Positions 32,201 through 46,800 of a DNA stretch of 64,000 bases are shown here, one piece after another. A program made the translations under genes and the position numbers. The notes beneath the pieces are model-generated. The model had not been told where the DNA came from and made no database searches. It worked only from the letters and a program-made list of their open reading frames with translations. Positions within the stretch are counted from its first letter, which is position 1. Every line of letters begins with the position of its first letter. Source of the stretch: the human T2T-CHM13v2.0 reference genome, Homo sapiens; the NCBI RefSeq assembly GCF_009914755.1, contig NC_060946.1; one strand, given 5' to 3'.

Positions 32201-35200
32201 ACTGTACATAAAATATGAAATTACATCAAATATATATTATATTAGGTACATAAAATATGAAAGTATATCAAATATAGATTATATACTGTATATTAAATAC
32301 CAAAGTATCCCAAATATATATTTTATACTGTACATGAAATATCAAAGTTCACAAACTATATATTATATACTGTACATAAAATATCAAAGTACCCAAGGTA
32401 TATATTCTATACTGTACAAAAAATATCAAAGTACCCAAAGCATGTATTATAAACTGTACATAAAATATGAAAGTACATCAAATATATATTTTATTCTGTA
32501 CATAAAATATCAAAGTACACCAGATATATATTCCATAGTGTACATAAAATATCAAAGTACCCAAACTATACATTATATACTGTACACAAAATATGAAATT
32601 ACATCAAATATATATTATATTAGGTTCATAAAATATGAAAGTACATCAAATATAGATTATATACTGTACATTAAATACCAAAGTACCCCAAATCTATATT
32701 TTATACTGTACATGAAATATCAAAGTTCACAAACTATATATTATATACTGTACATATAATATCAAAGTACCCAAGGTATATATTCTATACTGTACAAAAA
32801 ATAACAAAGTACCAAAAGCATGTATTATATACTGTACCTAAAATATGAAAGTACATCAAATATATATTTTATTCTGTACAAAAAATATCAAAGTACACCA
32901 GATATATATTCTATAGTGTACATAAAATATCAAAGTACCCAAACTATACATTATATACTGTACATAAAATATGAAATTACATCAAATATATATTATATTA
33001 GGTACATAAAATATGAAAGTACATCAAATATAGATTATATACTGTACATAAAATATCAAAGTACCCCAAATATATATTATATACTCTACAGGAAATATCA
33101 AAGTTCACACACTATATATTATATACTGTACATAAAATATCAAAATACCCAAGGTATATATTCTATACTGTACAAAAAATATCAAAGTACCCAAAGCATG
33201 TATTATATACTGTACATAAAATATGAAAGTACACCAAATATATATTTTATTCTGTACATAAAATATCAAAGTACAACAGATATATATTCTATAGTGTACA
33301 TAAAATATCAAAGTACCCAAACTATACAATATATACTGTACATAAAATATGAAATTACATCAAATATATATTAGGTACATAAAATAAGAAAGTACATCAA
33401 ATATAGATTATATACTGTACATACAATATCAATGTACAACAAATATATATTGTATACTCTACATGAAATATCAAAGTTCAGAAACTATATATTATATAAT
33501 GTACATAAAATATCAAAGTACCCAAGGTATATATTCTATACTGTACAAAAAATATCAAAGTACCCAAAGCATGTATTATATACTGTACATAAAATATGAA
33601 AGTACATCAAATATGTATTTTATCCTGTACATAAAATATCAAAGTACACCAGATATATATTCTATAGTGTACATAAAATATCAAAGTACCCAAACTATAC
33701 ATTATATACTGTACATAAAATATGAAATTACATCAAATATATATTATATTAGGTACATAAAATATGAAAGTACATCAAATATAGATTATATACTGTACAT
33801 TAAATACCCAAGTACCCCAAATATATATTTTATACTGTACATGAAATATCAAATTTCACAAACTATATATTATATACTGTACATAAAATATCAAAGTACC
33901 CAAGGTATATATTCTATACTGTACAAAAAATATCAAAGTACCCAAAGCACGTATTATATACTGTACATAAAATATGAAAGTACATCAAATATATATTTTA
34001 TTCTGTACATAAAATATCAAAGTACACCGGATATATATTCTATAGTGTACATAAAATATCAAAGTACCCAAACTATACATTATATACTGTACATAAAAAA
34101 TGAAATTACATCAAATTTATATTAGGTACATAAAATATGAAAGTACATCAAATATAGATTATATACTGTACATAAAATATCAAAGTACCCCAAATATATA
34201 TTATATACTGTATATGAAATATCAAAGTTCACAAACTATATATTATATACTGTACATAAAATATCAAAGTACCCAATGTATATATTCTATACTGTACAAA
34301 AAATATCAAAGTACCCAAAGCATGTATTATATACTGTACATAAAATATGAAGGTACATCAAATATATATTTTATTCTGTACATAAAATATCAAAGTACAC
34401 CAGATATATATTCTATAGTGTATATAAAATATCAAAGAACTCAAACTATACATTATATACTGTACATAAAATATGAAATTACATCAAATATATATTATAT
34501 TAGGTACATAAAATATGAAAGTACATCAAATATAGATTATATACTGTACATTAAATACCAAAATACCCCAAATCTATATTTTATACTGTACATGAAATAT
34601 CAAAGTTCACAAACTATATATTATATACTGTACATATAATACCATAGTACCCAAGGTATATATTCTATACTGTACAAAAAATAACAAAGTACCAAAAGCA
34701 TGTATTATATACTGTACCTAAAATATGAAAGTACATCAAATATATATTTTATTCTGTACATAAAATATCAAAGTACACCAGATATATATTCTAGAGTGTT
34801 CATAAAATATCAAAGTACCCAAACTATACATTATATACTGTACATAAAATATGAAATTACATCAAATATATATTATATTAGGTACATAAAATATGAAAGT
34901 ACATCAAATATAGATTATATACTGTACATAAAATATCAAAGTACCCCAAATATATATTTTATACTCTACATGAAATATCAAAGTTCACAAACCATATATT
35001 ATATACTGTACATAAAATATCAAAGTACCCAAGGTATATATTCTATACTGTACAAAAAATATCAAAGTACCCAAAGCATGTATTATATACTGTACATAAA
35101 ATATGAAAGTACATCAAATATATATTTTATTCTGTACATAAAATATCAAAGTACACCAGATATATATTCTATAGTGTACATAAAATATCAAAGTACCCAA

Positions 35201-38170
35201 ACTATACATTATATACTGTACATAAAATATGAAATTACATCAAATATATACTAGATACATAAAATATGAAAGTACATCAAATATAGATTATATACTGTAC
35301 ATAAAATATCAATGTACAACAAATATGTATTTTATACTCTACATGAAATATCAAAGTTCACAAACTATATATTATATAATGTACATAAAATATCAAAGTA
35401 CCCAAGGTATATATTGTATACTGTACAAAAAATATCAAAGTACCCAAAGCATGTATTATATACTGTACATAAAATATGAAAGTACATCAAATATATATTT
35501 TATTCTGTACATAAAATATCAAAGTACACCAGATATATATTCTATAGTGTACATAAAATATCAAAGTACCCAAACTATACATTATATACTGTACATAAAA
35601 TATGAAATTACATCAAATATATATTATATTAGGTACATAAAATATGAAAGTATATCAAATATAGATTATATACTGTATATTAAATACCAAAGTATCCCAA
35701 ATATATATTTTATACTGTACATGAAATATCAAAGTTCACAAACTATATATTATATACTGTACATAAAATATCAAAGTACCCAAGGTATATATTCTATACT
35801 GTACAAAAAATATCAAAGTACCCAAAGCATGTATTATAAACTGTACATAAAATATGAAAGTACATCAAATATATATTTTATTCTGTACATAAAATATCAA
35901 AGTACACCAGATATATATTCCATAGTGTACATAAAATATCAAAGTACCCAAACTATACATTATATACTGTACACAAAATATGAAATTACATCAAATATAT
36001 ATTATATTAGGTTCATAAAATATGAAAGTACATCAAATATAGATTATATACTGTACATTAAATACCAAAGTACCCCAAATCTATATTTTATACTGTACAT
36101 GAAATATCAAAGTTCACAAACTATATATTATATACTGTACATATAATATCAAAGTACCCAAGGTATATATTCTATACTGTACAAAAAATAACAAAGTACC
36201 AAAAGCATGTATTATATACTGTACCTAAAATATGAAAGTACATCAAATATATATTTTATTCTGTACAAAAAATATCAAAGTACACCAGATATATATTCTA
36301 TAGTGTACATAAAATATCAAAGTACCCAAACTATACATTATATACTGTACATAAAATATGAAATTACATCAAATATATATTATATTAGGTACATAAAATA
36401 TGAAAGTACATCAAATATAGATTATATACTGTACATAAAATATCAAAGTACCCCAAATATATATTATATACTCTACAGGAAATATCAAAGTTCACACACT
36501 ATATATTATATACTGTACATAAAATATCAAAATACCCAAGGTATATATTCTATACTGTACAAAAAATATCAAAGTACCCAAAGCATGTATTATATACTGT
36601 GTGTAAAATATGAAAGTACATCAAATATATATTTTATTCTGTACATAAAATATCAAAGTACACCAGATATATATTCTATAGTGTACATAAAATAACAAAG
36701 TACACATACTATAAATTATATACTGTACATAAAATATGAAATTACATCAAATATATATTAGGTACATAAAATATGAAAGTACATCAAATATAGATTATAT
36801 ACTGTACATACAATATCAATGTACAACAAATATATATTGTATACTCTACATGAAATATCAAAGTTCAGAAACTATATATTATATAATGTACATAAAATAT
36901 CAAAGTACCGAAGGTATATATTCTATACTGTACAAAAAATATCAAAGTACCCAAAGCATGTATTATATACTGTACATAAAATATGAAAGTACATCAAATA
37001 TGTATTTTATCCTGTACATAAAATATCAAAGTACACCAGATATATATTCTATAGTGTACATAAAATATCAAAGTACCCAAACTATACATTATATACTGTA
37101 CATAAAATATGAAATTACATCAAATATATATTATATTAGGTACATAAAATATGAAAGTACATCAAATATAGATTATATACTGTACATTAAATACCCAAGT
37201 ACCCCAAATATATATTTTATACTGTACATGAAATATCAAATTTCACAAACTATATATTATATACTGTACATAAAATATCAAAGTACCCAAGGTATATATT
37301 CTATACTGTACAAAAAATATCAAAGTACCCAAAGCACGTATTATATACTGTACATAAAATATGAAAGTACATCAAATATATATTTTATTCTGTACATAAA
37401 ATATCAAAGTACACCAGATATATATTCTATAGTGTACATAAAATATCAAAGTACCCAAACTATACATTATATACTGTACATAAAATATGAAATTACATCA
37501 AATTTATATTAGGTACATAAAATATGAAAGTACATCAAATATAGATTATATACTGTACATAAAATATCAAAGTACCCCAAATATATATTATATACTGTAT
37601 ATGAAATATCAAAGTTCACAAACTATATATTATATACTGTACATAAAATATCAAAGTACCCAATGTATATATTCTATACTGTACAAAAAATATCAAAGTA
37701 CCCAAAGCATGTATTATATACTGTACATAAAATATGAAAGTACATCAAATATATATTTTATTCTGTACATAAAATATCAAAGTACACCAGATATATATTC
37801 TATAGTGTATATAAAATATCAAAGAACTCAAACTATACATTATATACTGTACATAAAATATGAAATTACATCAAATATATATTATATTAGGTACATAAAA
37901 TATGAAAGTACATCAAATATAGATTATATACTGTACATTAAATACCAAAGTACCCCAAATCTATATTTTATACTGTACATGAAATATCAAAGTTCACAAA
38001 CTATATATTATATACTGTACATATAATACCAAAGTACCCAAGGTATATATTCTATACTGTACAAAAAATAACAAAGTACCAAAAGCATGTATTATATACT
38101 GTACCTAAAATATGAAAGTACATCAAATATATATTTTATTCTGTACATAAAATATCAAAGTACACCAGAT
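29280..38170 (+). repeat. Mosaic multi-HOR duplications, offsets 3009, 3382 and 3387 bp
   Basis: ORF pairs 31842/35229, 32820/36207 and 34100/37487 (+3387); 30096/33105 and 31091/34100 (+3009); 29438/32820 (+3382). Shared rare variants such as ATACTAGATAC, CTAGAGTGTTC and CATACAATATC. Boundaries approximate. Confidence 0.85.
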
Positions 38171-40976
38171 ATATATTCTATAGTGTACATAAAATATGAA
38201 AGTACCCAAACTATACATTATATACTGTACATAAAATATGAAATTACATCAAATATATACTATATTAGGGACATAAAATATGAAAGTACATCAAATATAG
38301 ATTATATACTGTACATAAAATATCAAAGTACCCCAAATATATATTATATACTCTACAGGAAATATCAATGTTCACACACTATATATTATATACTGTACAT
38401 AAAATATCAAAATACCCAAGGTATATATTCTATACTGTACAAAAAATATCAAAGTACCCAAAGCATGTGTTATATACTGTATGTAAAATATGAAAGTACA
38501 TCAAATATATATTTTATTCTGTACATAAAATATAAAAGTACACCAGATATATATTCTATAGTGTACATAAAATAACAAAGTACACAAACTATAAATTATA
38601 TACTGTACATAAAATATGAAATTACATCAAATATATATTAGGTACATAAAATATGAAAGTACATCAAATATAGATTATATACTGTATATTAAATACCAAA
38701 GTACCCCAAATATATATTTTATACTGTACATGAAATATCAAAGTTCACAAACTATATATTATATACTGTACATAAAATATCAAAGTACCCAAGGTATATA
38801 TTCTATACTGTACAAAAAATATCAAAGTACCCAAAGCATGTATTATATACTGTACATAAAATATGATAGTACATCAAATATATATTTTATTCCGTACATA
38901 AAATATCAAAATACTCCAGATATATATTCTATAGCGTACATAAAATATCAAAGTACAGAAACTATACATTATATACTGTACATAAAATATGAAATTACAT
39001 CAAATATATATTACATTAGGTACATAAAATATGAAAGTACATCAAATATAGATTATATACTGTACATATAATATCAATGTACCCCAAATATATATTTTAT
39101 ACTCTACATGAAATATCAAAGTTCACAAACCATATATTATATACTGTACATAAAATATCAAAGTACCCAAGGTATATATTCTATACTGTACAAAAAATAT
39201 CAAAGTACCCAAAGCATGTATTATATACTGTACATAAAATATGAAAGTACATCAAATATATATTTTATTCTGTACATAAAATATCAAAGTACACCAGATA
39301 TATATTCTATAGTGTACATAAAATATCAAAGTACCCAAACTATACATTATATACTCTACATAAAATATGAAATTACATCAAATATATATTAGGTACATAA
39401 AATATGAAAGTACATCAAATATAGATTATATACTGTACATAAAATATCAAAGTACCCCAAATATATATTATATACTGTACATGAAATATCAAAGTTCACA
39501 AACTATATATTATATACTGTACATAAAATATCAAAGTACACAAGGTATATATTCTATACTGTGCAAAAAATATCAAAGTACCCAAAGCATGTATTATATA
39601 CTGTATATAAAATATGAAAGTACATCAAATATATATTTTATTCTGTACATAAAATATCAAAGTAGACCAGATATATATTCTATAGTGTACATAAAATATC
39701 AAAGTACCCAAACTATACATTATATACTGTACATAAAATATGAAATTACATCAAATATATATTAGGTACATAAAATATGAAAGTACATCAAATACAGATT
39801 ATATTCTGTACATAAAATATCAAAGTACCCCAAATATATATTATATACTCTACATGAAATATCAAAGTTCACAAACTATATATTATATACTGTACATAAA
39901 ATATCAAAGTACCCAAGGTATATATTCTATACTGTACAAAAAATATCAAAGTACCCAAAGCATGTATTATACACTGTACATAAAATATGAAAGTACATCA
40001 AATATATATTTTATTCTGTACATAAAATATCAAAGTACACCAGATATATATTCTATAGTGTACATAAAATATCAAAGTACCCAAACTATTTATTATATAC
40101 TTTACATAAAATATGAAATTACATCAAATATATATTATATTAGGTACATAAAATATGAAAGTACATCAAATATAGATTATATGCTGTACATTAAATACCA
40201 AAGTACCCCAAATATATATTTTATACTGTACATGAAATATCAAAATTCAAAACTATATATTATATACTGTACATATAATATCAAAGTACCCAAGGTATAT
40301 ATTCTATACTGTACAAAAAATATCAAAGTACCCAAAGCACGTATTATTTACTGTACATAAAATATGAAAGTACATAAAATATATATTTTATTCTGTACAT
40401 AAAATATCAAAGTACACCAGATATATATTCTATAGTGTACATAAAATATCAAAGTACCCAAACTATACATTATATACTGTACATAAAATATGAAATTACA
40501 TCAAATCTATATTAGGTACAAAAAATATGAAAGTACATCAAATATAGATTATATACTGTACATAAAATATCAAAGTACCCCAAATATATATTATATACTC
40601 TACATGAAATATCAAAGTTCACAAACTATATATTATATACTGTACATAAAATATCAAAGTACCCAAGGTATATATTCTATACTGTGCAAAAAATATCAAA
40701 GTACCCAAAGCATGTATTATATACTGTATATAAAATATGAAAGTACATCAAATACATATTTTATTCTGTACATAAAATATCAAAGTACAACAGATATATA
40801 TTCTATAGTGTACATAAAATAACAAAGTACAAAAACTATAAATTATATACTGTACATAAAATATGAAATTACATCAAATATATATTAAGTACATAAAATA
40901 TGAAAGTATATCAAATATAGAGTATATACTGTACATAAAATATCAATGTACCCCAAATATATATTTTATACTCTAC

Positions 40977-41228
40977 ATGAAATATCAAAGTTCACAAACC
41001 ATATATTATATACTGTACGTAAAATATCAAAGTACCCAAGGTATATATTCTATACTATAAAAAAAATATCAAAGTACCCAAACTATACATTATATGCTAT
41101 ACATAAAATATGAGATTACATCAAATATATATTATATTAGGTACATAAAATATGAAAGTACATCAAATATAGATTATATACTGTACATAAAATATCAAAG
41201 TACCCCAAATATATATTATATACTCTAC
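40977..41228 (+). repeat. 6-monomer HOR variant (252 bp), monomers 3-5 skipped
   Basis: Monomer 2 is followed directly by monomer 6 (AAAGTACCCAAACTATACAT) at ~41070. HOR starts at 40977 and 41229. Confidence 0.9.
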
Positions 41229-41773
41229 ATGAAATATCAAAGTTCCCAAACCATATCTTATATACTGTACATAAAATATCAAGGTACCCAAGGTATATAT
41301 TCTATACTGTGCAAAAAATATCAAAGTACCCAAAGCATGTATTATATACTGTATATAAAATATGAAAGTACATCAAATATATATTTTATTCTTTACATAA
41401 AATATCAAAGTACACCAGATATATATTCTATAGTGTACATAAAATAACAAAGTACAAAAACTATAAATTATATACTGTACATAAAATATGAAAGTACATC
41501 AAATATATATTTTATTCTGTACATAAGATATGAAAGTACACCAAATGTATATTCTATACTGTACATAAAATATCAAAGTACACCAAATATATATTCTATA
41601 ATGTACATAAAATATCAAAGTACCCAAACTATACATTATATACTGTACATAAAATATGAAATTACATCAAATATATATTATATTAGGTACATAAAATATG
41701 AAAGTACATCAAATATAGATTATATGCTGTACATAAAATAAAAAAGTACCCAAATATATATTATATACTCTAC
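41229..41773 (+). repeat. Atypical 13-monomer HOR (545 bp), order 1-2-3-4-5-6-4-5'-5''-6-7-8-9
   Basis: After monomer 6 (~41480) the array returns to monomer 4 and then shows two divergent monomer-5-like units (CACCAAATGTAT, CACCAAATATAT). One C is lost in monomer 9. Confidence 0.8.
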
Positions 41774-42656
41774 ATGAAATATCAAAGTTCACAAACTATA
41801 TATTATATACTGTACATAAAATATCAATGTACCCAAGGTATATATTCTATACTGTACAAGTAATATCAAAGTACACAAAGCATGTATTATATACTGTACA
41901 TAAAATATGAAAGTATATCAAATATATCTTTTATTCTGTACACAAAATGTCAAAGTACACCATATATATATTGTATAGTGTATATAAAATATCAAAGTAC
42001 CCAAACTATACATTATATACTGTACATAAAATATGAAATTACATCAAAAATATATTATATTAGGTACATAAATTATGAAAGTACATCAAATATAGATCAT
42101 ATACTGTACATAAAATACCAAGGTACCCCAAATATATATTTTATACTGTACATGAAATATCAAAGTTCACAAACTATACATTATATACTGTACATAAAAT
42201 ATCAAAGTACCCAAGGTATATATTCTATACTGTACAAAAAATATCAAAGTACCCAAATCATGTATTATATGCTGTACATAAAATATGAAAGTACATCAAA
42301 TATATATTTTATTCTGTACATAAAATATCAAAGTACACGAAATATATATTCTATACTGTACATAAAATATCAAAATATCCAAACTATACATTATATACTG
42401 TACATAAAATATGAAATTACATCAAATATATATTATATTAGGTACATAAAATATGAAAGTACATCAAATATAGATTATATACTGTACATAAAATATCAAA
42501 GTACCCAAATATATATTATATACTGTTCATGAAATATCAAAGTTCACAAACTGTATATTATATATTGTAAATAAAATATCAATGTACCCAATGTATATAT
42601 TCTAAACTGTACAAAAAATATCAAAGTACCCAAAGCATGTATTATATACTGTATAT

Positions 42657-45600
42657 AAAATATGAAAGTACATCAAATATATATTTTATTCTGTACATAA
42701 AATATCAAAGTACACCAAATATATATTCTATACTGTACATAAAATATCAAAGTACCCAAGCTATACATTACATACTGTACATAAAATATGAAATTACATC
42801 AAATATATATTAGGTACATAAAATATGAAAGTACATCAGATATAGATTAAATACTGAACACATAATATCAATGTACCCCAAATATATATTTTATACTCTA
42901 CATGAAATATCAAAGTTCAGAAACCATGCATTATATACTGTACATAAAATATCAAAGTACCCAATGTATATATTCTATACTGTACAAAAATATCAAAGTA
43001 CCCAAAGCATGAATTATATACTGTACATAAAATATGAAAGTACATCAAATATATATTTTATTCTGTACATAAAATATCAAAGTACACCAGATATATATTC
43101 TATAGTGTACATAAAATATCAAAGTACCCAAACTATACATTATATACTTTACATAAAATATGAAATTACATCAAATATATATTAGGTACATAAAATATGA
43201 AAGTACATCAAATATAGATTATTAACTGTACATAAAATATCAAAGTACCCCAAATATATATTATATACTCTACATGAAATATCAAAGTTCACAAACTATA
43301 TATTATATACTGTACATAAAATATCAAAGTACCCAAGGTATATATTCTATACTGTGCAAAAAATATCAAAGTACCCAAAGCATGTATTATATACTGTATA
43401 TAAAATATGAAAATACATCCAATATATATTTTATTCTGCACATAAAATATCAAAGTACACCAGATATATATTCTATAGTGTACATAAAATAACAAAGTAC
43501 ACAAACTATAAATTATATACTGTACATAAAATATGAAATTACATCAAATATATATTAGGTACATAAAATATGAAAGTACATCAAATATAGATTATATACT
43601 GTACATATAATATCAATGTACCCCAAATATATATTTTATACTCTACATGAAATATCAAAGTTCACAAACCATACATTATATACTGTACATAAAATATCAA
43701 AGTACCCAAGGTATATATTCTATACTGTACAAAAAATATCAAAGTACCCAAAGCAAGTATTATATACTGTACATAAAATATGAAATTACATCAAATATAT
43801 ATTTTATTCTGTACATAAAATGTCAAAATACACCAGATATATATTCTATCGTGTACATAAAATATCAAAGTACCCAAACTATACATTATATACTGTACAT
43901 AAAATATGAAATAACATCAAATATATATTATATTAGGTACATAAAATATGAAAGTACATCAAATATAGATTATATACTGTACATAAAATATCAAGGTACC
44001 CCAAATATATATTATATACTCTACATGAAATATCAAAGTTCACAAACTATATATTATATACTGTACATAAAATATCAAAGTACCCAAGGTATATATTCTA
44101 TACTGTACAAAAAATAACAAAGTACAAAAAGCATGTATAATATACTGTACATAAAATATGAAAGTACATCAAATATATATTTTATTCTGTACATAAAATA
44201 TGTAAGTACACCAGATATATATTCTATAGTGTACATAAAATATCAAAGTACCCAAACTATACATTATATACTGTAAATAAAATATGAAATTACATCAAAC
44301 ATATTTTATATTAGGTACATAAAATATGAAAGTACATCAAATATATATTTTATTCTGTACATAAAATATCAAAGTACACCAGATATATATTCTATAGTGT
44401 ACATAAAATATCAAAGTACCCAAACTATACATTATATACTGTACATAAAATATGAAATTACATCAAATATATTTTATATTAGGTACATAAAATATGAAAG
44501 TACATCAAATATAGATTATATACTGTACATTAAGTACAAAAGTACCCCAAATATATATTTTATACTGTACATGAAATATCAAAGTAAACAAACTATATAT
44601 TATATACTGTACATATAATATCAAAGTACCCAAGGTATATATTCTATACTGTACAAAAAATAACAAAGTACCAAAAGCATGTATTATATACTGTACCTAA
44701 AATATGAAAGTACATCAAATATATATTTTATTCTGTACATAAAATATCAAAGTACACCAAATATATATTCTATACTGTACATAAAATATCAAAGTACCCA
44801 AGCTATACATTACATACTGTACATAAAATATGAAATTACATCAAATATATATTAGGTACATAAAATATGAAAGTACATCAGATATAGATTAAATACTGAA
44901 CACATAATATCAATGTACCCCAAATATATATTTTATACTCTACATGAAATATCAAAGTTCAGAAACCATGCATTATATACTGTACATAAAATATCAAAGT
45001 ACCCAATGTATATATTCTATACTGTACAAAAATATCAAAGTACCCAAAGCATGAATTATATACTGTACATAAAATATGAAAGTACATCAAATATATATTT
45101 TATTCTGTACATAAAATATCAAAGTACACCAGATATATATTCTATAGTGTACATAAAATATCAAAGTACCCAAACTATACATTATATACTTTACATAAAA
45201 TATGAAATTACATCAAATATATATTAGGTACATAAAATATGAAAGTACATCAAATATAGATTATTAACTGTACATAAAATATCAAAGTACCCCAAATATA
45301 TATTATATACTCTACATGAAATATCAAAGTTCACAAACTATATATTATATACTGTACATAAAATATCAAAGTACCCAAGGTATATATTCTATACTGTGCA
45401 AAAAATATCAAAGTACCCAAAGCATGTATTATATACTGTATATAAAATATGAAAATACATCCAATATATATTTTATTCTGCACATAAAATATCAAAGTAC
45501 ACCAGATATATATTCTATAGTGTACATAAAATAACAAAGTACACAAACTATAAATTATATACTGTACATAAAATATGAAATTACATCAAATATATATTAG

Positions 45601-46800
45601 GTACATAAAATATGAAAGTACATCAAATATAGATTATATACTGTACATATAATATCAATGTACCCCAAATATATATTTTATACTCTACATGAAATATCAA
45701 AGTTCACAAACCATACATTATATACTGTACATAAAATATCAAAGTACCCAAGGTATATATTCTATACTGTACAAAAAATATCAAAGTACCCAAAGCAAGT
45801 ATTATATACTGTACATAAAATATGAAATTACATCAAATATATATTTTATTCTGTACATAAAATGTCAAAATACACCAGATATATATTCTATAGTGTACAT
45901 AAAATATCAAAGTACCCAAACTATACATTATATACTGTACATAAAATATGAAATAACATCAAATATATATTATATTAGGTACATAAAATATGAAAGTACA
46001 TCAAATATAGATTATATACTGTACATAAAATATCAAGGTACCCCAAATATATATTATATACTCTACATGAAATATCAAAGTTCACAAACTATATATTATA
46101 TACTGTACATAAAATATCAAAGTACCCAAGGTATATATTCTATACTGTACAAAAAATAACAAAGTACAAAAAGCATGTATAATATACTGTACATAAAATA
46201 TGAAAGTACATCAAATATATATTTTATTCTGTACATAAAATATGTAAGTACACCAGATATATATTCTATAGTGTACATAAAATATCAAAGTACCCAAACT
46301 ATACATTATATACTGTAAATAAAATATGAAATTACATCAAACATATTTTATATTAGGTACATAAAATATGAAAGTACATCAAATATATATTTTATTCTGT
46401 ACATAAAATATCAAAGTACACCAGATATATATTCTATAGTGTACATAAAATATCAAAGTACCCAAACTATACATTATATACTGTACATAAAATATGAAAT
46501 TACATCAAATATATTTTATATTAGGTACATAAAATATGAAAGTACATCAAATATAGATTATATACTGTACATTAAGTACAAAAGTACCCCAAATATATAT
46601 TTTATACTGTACATGAAATATCAAAGTAAACAAACTATATATTATATACTGTACATATAATATCAAAGTACCCAAGGTATATATTCTATACTGTACAAAA
46701 AATAACAAAGTACCAAAAGCATGTATTATATACTGTACCTAAAATATGAAAGTACATCAAATATATATTTTATTCTGTACATAAAATATCAAAGTACACC
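42657..46800 (+). repeat. Tandem duplication, period 2042 bp, two copies
   Basis: ORFs 42871/44913, 43274/45316, 43647/45689 and 44397/46439 are identical and offset by 2042. Private variants (CATCAGATATAGATTAAATACTGAACAC, AAAGTAAACAAAC) occur in both copies. Confidence 0.93.
44025..44570 (+). repeat. 13-monomer HOR variant (546 bp), monomers 4-7 duplicated
   Basis: Monomer 7 is followed by monomer 4 at ~44345. HOR starts at 44025 and 44571. The same junction recurs at ~46387, ~47311, ~48235 and ~49154. Confidence 0.9.
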
